From Methanotrichaceae archaeon (lineage in GTDB: Archaea; Halobacteriota; Methanosarcinia; Methanotrichales; Methanotrichaceae), in assembly GCA_963748825.1 (NCBI GenBank), contig CAVVKN010000011.1, positions 1 through 58,341 of the forward strand: a stretch of 58,341 nt of DNA, read 5' to 3'. The position numbers were made by a program, and so were the translations under genes. This document shows positions 9,590 to 18,703 of this stretch, one piece after another. The first letter of the stretch is position 1. Every line of letters starts with the position of its first letter. The notes beneath the pieces are model-generated. The model did not search any database, was not told where the DNA came from, and worked only from the letters and a program-made list of their open reading frames with translations.

Positions 9590-10471
9590 ATGAGCGGAAT
9601 AGATAGCGATATATTAAGAGAGAAAATAAGGCAAAAGATGCCTAAACCTCCAAAGTTTTCTTTTGGGTTAAAGGCATTCCTCACGATTGCAATCATATCT
9701 CTGATACTGCTTGGGCTAGTGGGAGGATCCTTCATAGCAGTAATTCCAGCCGGTAATGTCGGCGTGCTAGACCGATTCGGAGTGGTTTCAGACACCGTGC
9801 TCAGCCCTGGATTTAACTTCAAAGATCCCCTCACCGGCGTCCACGAGATGAATACTCAGACCCAGCAAATAGAATATAAAGAAGTAACTGGGACGCTAAC
9901 GAGAGAAGGTCTTGAGATAAAACTTGATAGTAGCGTGCTCTGGCATCTTGATCCGATTAAAGCTCCACAAATATATAGGACCGTAAGAGGAGACTATGTC
10001 GACACAAAATTGACACCCTCTTTTATGGGCCTATTGCGGGCTGAAATCAAAAAATACACGGCAGAAGACATATACACCAACAAGTCGACTGAAATTCAAG
10101 CGGATGTCGAACACCAACTTAAGCTAGAGCTAGGTGAAACTGGCATTATCATCGAGAGAGTCTGGTTAAGGGGAATCTTTCTGCCAACGGAGCTTCAGGA
10201 AGCCATTACAATTAAACAGCAGAAGCAACAACAAGCTCAGCAGATGCAGTTTACCATCCAGCAATCCGAGCAAGAAGCCAAGAGACTGGTCATTGAAGCA
10301 AAGGGTATTGCTGAGGCAAACCGCATCAAGGGAGAATCTGTTACGCCAACACTGGTTTCCTGGGAATTTGTCCAGGGAATAAAGACCAACCCCAATGTCT
10401 TGTACGTACCCATTGGTTCGGGGGGCGGAAGTGTGCTATTTAACCTTCCAACCCCTAACATAAACAGCTAG
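9590..10471 (+). CDS. SPFH/prohibitin (band 7) family membrane protein
   Basis: TM then IPAGNVGVLDRFGVV...PGFNF; coiled C-terminus EAKGIAEANRI; GAGGA RBS. Confidence 0.9.
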   Translation: MSGIDSDILREKIRQKMPKPPKFSFGLKAFLTIAIISLILLGLVGGSFIAVIPAGNVGVLDRFGVVSDTVLSPGFNFKDPLTGVHEMNTQTQQIEYKEVTGTLTREGLEIKLDSSVLWHLDPIKAPQIYRTVRGDYVDTKLTPSFMGLLRAEIKKYTAEDIYTNKSTEIQADVEHQLKLELGETGIIIERVWLRGIFLPTELQEAITIKQQKQQQAQQMQFTIQQSEQEAKRLVIEAKGIAEANRIKGESVTPTLVSWEFVQGIKTNPNVLYVPIGSGGGSVLFNLPTPNINS

Positions 10472-10479
10472 AGAGCGAG

Positions 10480-10660
10480 CAGGCCATTCGCTTGAACCAA
10501 CCGCGGCGGTTGATGGTGGGCTCAAGGCCTTATCTTTTGGCCTTGAGAACCATGCGTGGAAACCCATATGTTGGTATAAGGGAGGTGGATAAGGTCAGGA
10601 TCTTGGGACTTCGATGAACTCTAGGAGATCGGAGATGACACGCATCTCTGGGCCTTCCAG
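10480..10660 (-). pseudogene. Fragment resembling an archaeal family-B (PolB2-like) DNA polymerase internal segment
   Basis: Frameshifted reading EGPEMRVISDLLEFIE/SQDPDLIHLPYTNIWV/RMVLKAKR*GLEPTINRRGWFKRMA; DPDxI exonuclease-region-like motif; assignment from memory. Confidence 0.45.
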
Positions 10661-10875
10661 CCGAGCTCTACCTTCCAGTTGTCGTATTTCAATGAAAATT
10701 TTATTTTGGCCCGATATAAGGCTATTTTTCCCTCATCGTCCAGCTTGACGTCCAACTCCGTGACTTCGCCTATTCTAAGGTTCCAAAGGGATTCAGACGC
10801 CGTGTCGATTGCATTTCTAGCAGCATCCTCCCAACTGGTAGAAGACGATCCAACTAGTTCTATAACTTTATAAAT
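10621..10875 (-). CDS. Dodecin-family flavin-binding protein lacking a canonical start codon
   Basis: IYKVIELVGSSSTSWEDAARNAIDTASESLWNLRIGEVTELDVK...YRAKIKFSLKYD dodecin signature; the upstream ATG is followed by an in-frame TAG. Confidence 0.75.
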   Translation of the reverse strand: MYKVIELVGSSSTSWEDAARNAIDTASESLWNLRIGEVTELDVKLDDEGKIALYRAKIKFSLKYDNWKVELGWKAQRCVSSPIS

Positions 10876-10946
10876 GCTCTCTTGCCTCCTTTGCTACATA
10901 ATCATGGGCCTACATTGATATAATCTTCTAAGTTTATGTACTTTGC

Positions 10947-11144
10947 CTAATTCTCACGGATCTTCGTCATATCGGCATCAATGGCAATCGATAATGGAAG
11001 CTCCTTTGAGAGCTTCTCCTGTTTCTCCTTGGAACGGGAGACCGGAACGACTCTCGCACTGTGTTCCGCTAGAAACTTTTCCGTAGCCAGGCCGATGCCC
11101 GATGAGGCACCGGTTTCGATGACGATTCTATCTTGAACATCCAT
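10947..11144 (-). pseudogene. Truncated short-chain dehydrogenase (SDR) N-terminus
   Basis: TGASSGIG Rossmann motif and ADMT, stops after 65 aa. Confidence 0.8.
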
Positions 11145-11231
11145 AAAATAAAATTACTTATTTACGCTTTATTTCCCCTGGAATACTTTTAGTTTTGGGC
11201 AGGTGTCATGCTGCAACCGAACAACTTTCAA

Positions 11232-12899
11232 TCAGAGGATATTGATCATCAGCGAATTCGACCATCCTGAAGAGGCTCCCTTATCATCCAGAGCCATGGC
11301 TTTGACCTGGTATGTTCCGGCCTTGTTCCATTTGTGAGATACGCTTTCACTCTTCCCTGAGTCAATGAAGACCAAACCGGTCCAGGAAGTTGTTTTATCT
11401 CCCCAGTCGAAGACATACTTGACCTGGTCTCCATCGGGATCGTTTGCAGATGTAACATATCTATAAGTGGCCTTGCGTCGTCCAGAGGTCGGTCCCGATG
11501 GTACGATCGGTGGATTGGGTGGATCATTGTCACGGATAGTCACATTCATTAGATCCGTCCACCCTGATGACGCGCCTTTGCTGTCTGTAGAGTTGGCTTT
11601 GATCTGGTACCTTCCCGCTTTGACCCAGGTATGATTTGCGTCTTCAAATGAGCCGGAATCGACTAGATCTGTAGCGGAGGTCGTCCCATCTCCCCAGTCG
11701 ACGGAGTACCTAACTTTGTCACCATCGATATCTTTAGCCATTGTAAAGTAGCTATGAGCGATCCCTACGTAGCCAAAACTCGGTCCGAATAGTTCCTTTG
11801 GCTTATCGGGTTTGCTGTTTGCAATAACTTTAATTATCAAACCCCGGGACCACTTTGATGTGGCTCCTACCTTATCCTTGGCAATGACTCTGATCCGGTA
11901 GTCTCCTTCACCACTCCAACAGTGCACTGCACTTGCATTGCATCCAGATCTGATAAGATCCGTACTGGACTTATTTCCGTCTCCCCAGTCGAAGGTATAC
12001 TCTGTTTCATCTCCGTCAGGATCTGATGCGGATGAAGTGTAAGCATATTCGGCCCAGGCATAGACCGATCTGGGTCCAGATGGTTTGGAGGGTTTATCGG
12101 GGGGAGAATTTATGACGATATTTTGCGCCTCTGACCATCCAGAGGAGGCTCCTCTTTCGTCAGTGGCAAATACTCTGATCTGGTATGTTCCGGCTTTCTT
12201 CCAGGCATGATTCGCGCTCGCTTCCGCACCGGAGACGAGAAAGCCTGTGATCGATTCTGTTCCATCTCCCCAATCCAGTGTGTACCTCATCCGATCTTCG
12301 TCTGCATCAGCGGAGGAAACGGTATAATTATTGGAGGTTCCTGGCCTGCCTGAAATTGGGCCTGATGGCGCTTTGGGTTTGTTTGGCGGTGTATTTAAGG
12401 TGATGTCGAGCGACTCCGACCATTCGGAGAACGCGCCCTTGCTATCTGTGGCCATGGCTCTGATCTTATATGTCCCTGCCTTATTCCAGGAGTGATTCGC
12501 ACTCGCAGCAACACCCGAATTGATGAGTGGCGTGGTCGATTCTGCTGCGTCTCCCCAATCGAATGTGTACAACACTCTGTCTCCATCCGGATCGATGGCG
12601 AAGGTGGAATAGCTATACGATGCCGCAGGGACGCCGATGGCAGTTCCCACGGGGATAATCGGTATTTCAGGAGGATTATTATGAATTTCTGCACAGATCA
12701 ATAGCTCTGGCCAATAGGGCACGACGCCTACGTAACCGCCAGTCAATTGCTGTGGTCGGCCTGCATCGAAAATTGGTCCGCAGAAGGCATAACTCACATT
12801 TTCTGCGGAAGGAACTCCTTGAGAAAATATGATGGATGACCAGAGTGATGCCAATATGATAAAAAGCCTTATAGGGTGGCCAAATGTCATCCGGAACAC
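11232..12899 (-). CDS. Secreted PKD-domain repeat protein (about 5 tandem PKD domains)
   Basis: Signal peptide; five repeats of DPDGD..Y.FDWGD...H.W.KAG.Y.I.A.A.D.KGA.S.WS. Confidence 0.9.
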   Translation of the reverse strand: MFRMTFGHPIRLFIILASLWSSIIFSQGVPSAENVSYAFCGPIFDAGRPQQLTGGYVGVVPYWPELLICAEIHNNPPEIPIIPVGTAIGVPAASYSYSTFAIDPDGDRVLYTFDWGDAAESTTPLINSGVAASANHSWNKAGTYKIRAMATDSKGAFSEWSESLDITLNTPPNKPKAPSGPISGRPGTSNNYTVSSADADEDRMRYTLDWGDGTESITGFLVSGAEASANHAWKKAGTYQIRVFATDERGASSGWSEAQNIVINSPPDKPSKPSGPRSVYAWAEYAYTSSASDPDGDETEYTFDWGDGNKSSTDLIRSGCNASAVHCWSGEGDYRIRVIAKDKVGATSKWSRGLIIKVIANSKPDKPKELFGPSFGYVGIAHSYFTMAKDIDGDKVRYSVDWGDGTTSATDLVDSGSFEDANHTWVKAGRYQIKANSTDSKGASSGWTDLMNVTIRDNDPPNPPIVPSGPTSGRRKATYRYVTSANDPDGDQVKYVFDWGDKTTSWTGLVFIDSGKSESVSHKWNKAGTYQVKAMALDDKGASSGWSNSLMINIL

Positions 12900-12990
12900 A
12901 TCATAAAGAGTAATAGGAATAATATTTAAATTTTTCTACAGCCATGTTAATTTTTGGGAGCGCATCTCCAGGATCTTGCCGCGCGGCAAT

Positions 12991-13085
12991 TCCAGGTGGT
13001 TGTTCAGGGCTTCGGCCAGCATCTCCACGGAGGCGACCAGCACGTTGAAGATTTCATAGAGTAACGGACGGCCCAGATGGAGTTT
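12991..13085 (-). repeat. Decayed gene fragment, direct-repeat copy B
   Basis: Homologous to 7826-7923; reads FNVLVASVEMLAEALNNHLEL. Confidence 0.75.
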
Positions 13086-13218
13086 CGATTCTTTCGCTTC
13101 CTTCACCGGAATATACTTACGGGCCAAGCCAGTTCATCAGGCGTAGCCACGCGAGGTCTATTCTTGATCGTGAAAAAGGAGATTAAGCACTTGGGAAAAG
13201 GGATGAGGCTCAATAGGA

Positions 13219-14658
13219 ATGCACGCTGAAGAAATGGATTTGGAGCAGGAATCGGGCAGCAAGAATCGTTACATAGTTTTGCTGCTTGTTCTCACAGGCG
13301 TCTTGATGGCAGTGGTTGATGGATCCGTGGTCAGCATCGCCCTTCCCACTATTACAGCATATTTCCGTGTCAGCATCGCCCAGTCACAAATGATCATGAC
13401 CTCTTATCTTGTTACACTCACCAGCTTGCTCATGATCTTCGGCAAAGTCGCAGAATACGTGGGCAAGGCCAGGCTCTTCTTTCTCGGGATTGCCCTCTTT
13501 ACCATCAGTTCTTTAGCCTGCGGATTGTCCACAAGCTTGAATCTCCTTGTGCTCTGCCGGATAATCCAGGCCACAGGAGCTGCCATGATGTTTTCCATAA
13601 GCTCTGCCATAATCTTCCAGGCTTTCCCTCGGGGTGAGCAGGGCCGGGCCATGGGTTACATCGGAGCAACTGTCGCTATCGGTAGTATTTTAGGACCCAC
13701 ATTGGGCGGTTTTATCGTAGATCTATTGGGCTGGAAGTATATTTTCCTCATTAACGTTCCTATCGGCATCATGCAGTTGCTGCTCTCTTCACGGTACATG
13801 AGAATAGAGGACATCAGAGCCCGCAGCTTCGAGGTGGACTGGATTGGCGCAGTAACCCTGATAACCTTCATAGTTTCTCTGATGGCAATATTAGGCCAAC
13901 TTTCTGTTAGCTTCACCTTTCAGCCTGCCATTCTTGCCCTGGCCTTGATCTTTCTGGGCTCTCTGGCAGCTTTCGTGACAATTGAGTCCAGGCATAAGGC
14001 CCCGCTACTGGACCTCTCCATCTTCCGCTACAGGATGTTTGTGCTGCCCTGTATCAGTATGATGCTGTTCTTTGTAGCAAACCTGATGATATCCGTTCTG
14101 GGGCCATTCTATTTTGAGGGCGTGATGGGCTACACGGCATCACAAGTAGGTTTGATTTATCTCATCGTCCCGGCCATAATGGTTATTGGTGCGCCGGTAA
14201 CCGGCTGGGTCTACGACAAACACCAGTTTCGCTACTTAGCCGCCCTGGGAATGTTGATTATGGCAATTTCCATGATGCTCCTCGGATATCTGGCCGGGAG
14301 CGTAGAGCGTGATCCCCGGTTGCTGCTGCTCACCTTTGTGTCCATGGGCATAGGCGGCGTTTTCTTCCAGAGCCCCAACAACACCGAGATAATGAGGGCC
14401 CTGCCCAGAGCAAAGATAAACATCGCCTCCAGCTTCACGGCCACTATCAGAAACCTGGGAATGGCATTAGGTGTATCCTTTTCAGGTGTTCTGGTGTCGC
14501 TTCAGCTCGCCCAGGCGGGATACTATGGGACACTTGTGGAAGCGGGGCCAGGGCTACTAGCGGCAACCATAAGTCGAGTGATGATCCTGGCAGGGTTGCT
14601 ATGTATAATCGGCACCCTGGTTTCCATATACAGAGGACTGAATTCAGCCCAGTTCTAA
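13219..14658 (+). CDS. MFS transporter, DHA2 (EmrB/QacA-like)
   Basis: VDGSVVSIALP, GPTLGG, WKYIFLINVPIG, PLLDLSIF motifs; about 14 TM. Confidence 0.92.
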   Translation: MHAEEMDLEQESGSKNRYIVLLLVLTGVLMAVVDGSVVSIALPTITAYFRVSIAQSQMIMTSYLVTLTSLLMIFGKVAEYVGKARLFFLGIALFTISSLACGLSTSLNLLVLCRIIQATGAAMMFSISSAIIFQAFPRGEQGRAMGYIGATVAIGSILGPTLGGFIVDLLGWKYIFLINVPIGIMQLLLSSRYMRIEDIRARSFEVDWIGAVTLITFIVSLMAILGQLSVSFTFQPAILALALIFLGSLAAFVTIESRHKAPLLDLSIFRYRMFVLPCISMMLFFVANLMISVLGPFYFEGVMGYTASQVGLIYLIVPAIMVIGAPVTGWVYDKHQFRYLAALGMLIMAISMMLLGYLAGSVERDPRLLLLTFVSMGIGGVFFQSPNNTEIMRALPRAKINIASSFTATIRNLGMALGVSFSGVLVSLQLAQAGYYGTLVEAGPGLLAATISRVMILAGLLCIIGTLVSIYRGLNSAQF

Positions 14659-14659
14659 T

Positions 14660-14887
14660 GGCAAAAGCGAGGAGAGCCCCACGGACAGGAAGGGCAAGTG
14701 CTTTTTCGTGCCCTACGGTGAGATCAAAGAGAACGGCTACGACCTCTCCATATCGAAGTACAGAGAGATCGAGTACGAAGAGGTAGAGTACGAGAAGCCG
14801 GAAGTGATTCTGGACAAGATCGAGGCTCTGGAAGACCAGATCAAGGCGAATGTGGCCGAGCTGAGGAAACTGCTGGGGGAAAATTAA
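14660..14887 (+). pseudogene. C-terminal fragment of type I R-M methyltransferase subunit (HsdM)
   Basis: Startless frame SPTDRKGKCFFVPYGEIKENGYDLSISKYREIEYEEVEYEKPEVILDKIEALEDQI*; EIxENxYDLSIxKY is typical of the HsdM tail. Confidence 0.75.
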
Positions 14888-14988
14888 TGTGCTGTAGATC
14901 AAACAAATTTTATTTTATATAAATACTAATAAAATATACGCTCATTCGATGAAAGGCTTATATTCTAGGCTGCAAGTAGGTAGTTGTA

Positions 14989-15177
14989 ATGTGTGAGAGT
15001 GTAAATGATAAAATAGTGTCTGCGAACTCGCATACTGAAAGGCATATTTCCTATAAATCTGATGCTAGTATGTCCGAAGATGAAATAATAGATGGCTTGA
15101 TGGAGATATCTGCGATCTCGCTCCCAGACGAACCTCATAAGTATCGCTCAAGCTCCCATACATGCACGAAAATATAA
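14989..15177 (+). CDS. Small hypothetical protein, possible partner of the downstream PemK/MazF
   Basis: 62 aa, overlaps the toxin start; no recognisable motif. Confidence 0.35.
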   Translation: MCESVNDKIVSANSHTERHISYKSDASMSEDEIIDGLMEISAISLPDEPHKYRSSSHTCTKI

Positions 15178-15512
15178 AGAAAGGCGATATAATTCTGCTT
15201 CCTCTTTCTCACACTGATCTTGTGACAGATGAAGTAAGACCTGCGCTGGTTCTATATCATGATCTTAAGGATATGCAACTCATTGTTGCGTATATAACAA
15301 CTCGAATTAAAGATAAGCCAGAGCTATTCGAGAGATTGATTTTAAAGGGAACGGCAATATTTGATAAATCTGGTTCGTTGTATGATTCCATGATCAGAGT
15401 AAATTGGATGATGACGGTCAAGCGAATTCTTGTTGATAGAAAGATCGGGGAAGCGGATGAAGATTTGCGAACATGGGTAAATCAAGTCGTTCCCAAATGC
15501 CTTGCCATATAA
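15162..15512 (+). CDS. PemK/MazF-family toxin
   Basis: KKGDIILLPLSHTD...RPALVL...IVAYITT...SMIRVNWMMTV...KIG pattern. Confidence 0.8.
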   Translation: MHENIKKGDIILLPLSHTDLVTDEVRPALVLYHDLKDMQLIVAYITTRIKDKPELFERLILKGTAIFDKSGSLYDSMIRVNWMMTVKRILVDRKIGEADEDLRTWVNQVVPKCLAI

Positions 15513-15585
15513 TCAAGAAAAAGCAATAGGGAAAAGCTATAATTACCCGAAAACCACCTCCAGAGAATGAGAGAAGGAGAAAATA

Positions 15586-16542
15586 ATGTCGGAGGATCAG
15601 AAAGCAGTCTACAGCCGGGCACCGGAGATCTTCAAAAGGCTCCGGCGCGAGATCGATAAAGTCATAGTCGGCCAGAATGTGGCCATCGAGCAGCTTCTGA
15701 TTGCCATTCTTGCCGGAGGCCATGCCCTCCTGGAGAGCAATCCGGGCCTTGCCAAGACGCTGCTCGTGAAGACGACGGCATCCTGCCTGGGCCTTGATTA
15801 CAGCAGGATTCAATGCACTCCGGACCTTATGCCTGCCGACATCACCGGCACAACCATCATCGAAGAGATGGATAAAGGCAAAAAGTTCCGCTTCGAGGCC
15901 GGGCCCGTCTTTTCCAATATCGTTCTGGCAGACGAGATCAACAGGGCATCTCCCAAGACCCAGAGCGCTCTTTTGGAGGCCATGCAGGAAAAGCAGGTAA
16001 CTGTGGGAAACAAAACCTATCTTCTGGACAAGCCTTTCTTTATCCTGGCCACGCAAAATCCAATCGAGATGGAAGGCACCTTCCCTCTTCCCGAAGCACA
16101 ACTGGATAGGTTCTTACTTAAAATTTTCATGGAATATCCCTCCAAGGAAGAGGAGCTGGAGATCCTGGAGAGATATACCATTCGCGGCGAGCCGAGCGTG
16201 GAAAACGTGGTCAGCAAGGATGAGGTGATCGCGCTTCAGCAGCTATGCCGCGACATACCTGTCTCCGATGATCTGAAGGCTGCGACCGTGAATCTTGTTT
16301 TGGCCACGCGCAAATGGGAGGGAGTCGCATATGGGGCCAGCCCCAGGGCCACCATCGGTCTAATCCTCTCCGCCAAGGCCAGAGCCTTTCTGCAGGGCAG
16401 AAACTATGCATCCAAAGAGGATCTGCATGTCATGGCCTATCCAGTCTTAAGGCACAGAATCATCCTGGGCTTTGAGGCGGAGAGAAAAGGCCTCACCCGC
16501 GACCAGGTGGTAACAGACATTCTAAAGAGCCAGTCCCTCTGA
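15586..16542 (+). CDS. moxR: MoxR-family AAA+ ATPase
   Basis: PGLAKT, RIQCTPDLMPADITG, LADEINRASPKTQSALLEAMQE, ATQNPIE, LPEAQLDRF. Confidence 0.95.
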   Translation: MSEDQKAVYSRAPEIFKRLRREIDKVIVGQNVAIEQLLIAILAGGHALLESNPGLAKTLLVKTTASCLGLDYSRIQCTPDLMPADITGTTIIEEMDKGKKFRFEAGPVFSNIVLADEINRASPKTQSALLEAMQEKQVTVGNKTYLLDKPFFILATQNPIEMEGTFPLPEAQLDRFLLKIFMEYPSKEEELEILERYTIRGEPSVENVVSKDEVIALQQLCRDIPVSDDLKAATVNLVLATRKWEGVAYGASPRATIGLILSAKARAFLQGRNYASKEDLHVMAYPVLRHRIILGFEAERKGLTRDQVVTDILKSQSL

Positions 16543-16574
16543 AAAATGTATCTTTAGGTCGTTAAGGACAAATC

Positions 16575-17432
16575 ATGGATACAGAGTTCTTCAAAGAGCT
16601 GGAGAAGTTCTCCCTGCTCGTCAAGAAGCGGGTATCGACCGCCTACAGCGGAGGCAGAAAGTCCCTGCGCTTAGGCCACGGCATCAGCCCCGTCGGCTAC
16701 CGGGAGTACCGCAAAGGAGACGACTTCAAGCTGGTGGACTGGAAGGTCTACGGGCGAACTGAGAAGCTCTACATCCGGGAGCACGAGGAGGAGAGAAGCC
16801 TGGTGGTGCACATCCTTCTGGACGGCAGCGCCAGCATGGGCTATGAGGGAAAGTTCGCCTATGCCTCCCGCCTGGCAGCCGGCTTTGCTTATCTCGCCAC
16901 CCTGGAAAATGAGAAGTATGCCATATCGCTCTTTTGCAAGAAGCTCTATCCCGGTGAGCCCAAGCGGGGAAGAAGAAATCTCTTTCAGTCAATCGTTGAG
17001 CTGGATAATACCGCTCCCAAGGGTGGCACCAGCCTGCTTGCCATGGCTGATCAGTTGGAATCGCTCCTCAAGACGACTAGCCTGGTGGTCTTGATATCCG
17101 ACCTGCTGGGCGAGACTGATGATGTCCTGTCCAGCATCTACCGGCTGTCCGGGCATGAGCTGGTAGTAATTCAAGTATTGGCACCGGAAGAGACGCAGCT
17201 ACTCTTCGGAGGCGATGTCAAATTCGTGGATCTGGAGAGCGGCCAGCCTCTCATCACGCGAGTAACAGAAGGTGAGCGGCAGGAGTATATGCGACGCATG
17301 GCGGAGCATAATGATCGCATCCGAGCGGCATGTAGCCAGGTTGGGGCTGACTACTTCCTCATAAAAACGGATCAGCCCATCTTCGAGGGCTTTTCCGAGA
17401 TGCTAAGCCGTGCTGTGATCTGGAAGACATAA
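16575..17432 (+). CDS. DUF58 domain protein (MoxR-associated, VWA-like)
   Basis: YREYRKGDDFKLVDWKVYGR, LLDGSASM, ISDL. Confidence 0.9.
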   Translation: MDTEFFKELEKFSLLVKKRVSTAYSGGRKSLRLGHGISPVGYREYRKGDDFKLVDWKVYGRTEKLYIREHEEERSLVVHILLDGSASMGYEGKFAYASRLAAGFAYLATLENEKYAISLFCKKLYPGEPKRGRRNLFQSIVELDNTAPKGGTSLLAMADQLESLLKTTSLVVLISDLLGETDDVLSSIYRLSGHELVVIQVLAPEETQLLFGGDVKFVDLESGQPLITRVTEGERQEYMRRMAEHNDRIRAACSQVGADYFLIKTDQPIFEGFSEMLSRAVIWKT

Positions 17433-17435
17433 TTC

Positions 17436-18662
17436 ATGAATTCAAGTAATAATAACGTTAGGCTTGGTTACGGTCAAGGGTGCCTCGATCTGATGATAGG
17501 CGAAGGGGCAGAGGTGGTGCTGGCAGAGGAGCTTCCGGCTGCGCCCGCCGGTGAGGTGGAAAGATCGATAGATAATGCCGCAGGAAGTGCCTTGGATGAT
17601 TTTGCAGGCTGCAAATCGGCCAGCATTCTGGTGAGCGACATCACCCGTCCTGCTCCCAGTCATCTCATGCTTCCCCCTCTCATCCAGAGGCTCAAGGATC
17701 TCGGCATTGCCGATCTGAAAATCGTCTTTGCTTTGGGAACGCACCGCAGGATGACAGCCGTTGAGGAGCGCTTGCTTCTGCGGGACTGCACGATCTTGCC
17801 CTACATGCAGCATGACCCTCAAGCCTGCGTATCTTTGGGCGAGACAGGGCGGGGAACGCCCGTGGAGATCCTCGATACTGTCGCCTCCTCGGATCTCATT
17901 ATTGCCACAGGGAATATCGAATATCACTATTATGCCGGCTACAGCGGCGGAGCCAAAGCCGTCTTGCCTGGAGTCAGCTCGGAGCGTTCTGTGATCAAGA
18001 ACCACGAGCTGATGAGAGATCCGCTCTCAACTACGGGGAGGCTGGACAGCCCCGTGCGCCAGGACATGGAGGACGCCGCCGGGATCGTCGGGCTTGATTT
18101 CATCTTGAATGTCGTTCTGAATGGCAAAAAGGAGATCGTGCAGTCGGTTGCAGGCGACTTTATCTCCGCTCACCGCGTGGGGGCCGCTACTGTGGATCGC
18201 ATGTACCGGCGCCCCGTCGAGCCGGCGGAGATAGTTGTGACCTGTGCCGGCGGCAGGCCCAAAGACCTCAACCTCTTCCAGGCTCAAAAAGCGCTGGACA
18301 ATGCCAAGAATGCCGCCCTGCCGGGAGGCAGCATCATCCTGGTGGCGGAGTGCTGCGAGGGGCTGGGCCATCCCGTCTTCGAGCGCTGGGCAAGTGAAGC
18401 GACATCCGCCGAGGATTGCTGGGAGCGCTTCGGCCGGGAGTACGAGTTTGGCGGACACAAGGCTGCCTTTCTGGCCAGAGAGTCCATGCAGCATCATCTG
18501 ATCCTAGTCTCTGCTCTTCCCAGAGAAAGGGCAGAGATGTGCTTCTTCACTCCTGCGGCAACTCTTGAGCAGGCCCTGGAGCTAGCTAGGGCGCGGCAGG
18601 GCAGGGATGCGCGCATGCTGGTCATGCCGCACGGGAATCTGACGCTGGCTGTGGCGAAATAA
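17436..18662 (+). CDS. larA: Nickel-dependent lactate racemase family protein (LarA-like)
   Basis: SDITRP, ALGTHR, HYYAGYSGGAKAVLPG, DLNLFQAQKA, AECCEGLG. Confidence 0.88.
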   Translation: MNSSNNNVRLGYGQGCLDLMIGEGAEVVLAEELPAAPAGEVERSIDNAAGSALDDFAGCKSASILVSDITRPAPSHLMLPPLIQRLKDLGIADLKIVFALGTHRRMTAVEERLLLRDCTILPYMQHDPQACVSLGETGRGTPVEILDTVASSDLIIATGNIEYHYYAGYSGGAKAVLPGVSSERSVIKNHELMRDPLSTTGRLDSPVRQDMEDAAGIVGLDFILNVVLNGKKEIVQSVAGDFISAHRVGAATVDRMYRRPVEPAEIVVTCAGGRPKDLNLFQAQKALDNAKNAALPGGSIILVAECCEGLGHPVFERWASEATSAEDCWERFGREYEFGGHKAAFLARESMQHHLILVSALPRERAEMCFFTPAATLEQALELARARQGRDARMLVMPHGNLTLAVAK

Positions 18663-18703
18663 TTTTAATTTTGTTTTTTATCTGGTTAATTGCCTGGGTG
18701 ATT

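Noticed and set aside
10894-10899. Pyrrolysine read-through of the TAG upstream of dodecin
   Set aside because: No pyl genes in the window, and the inferred lineage is not known to use Pyl; no supporting context
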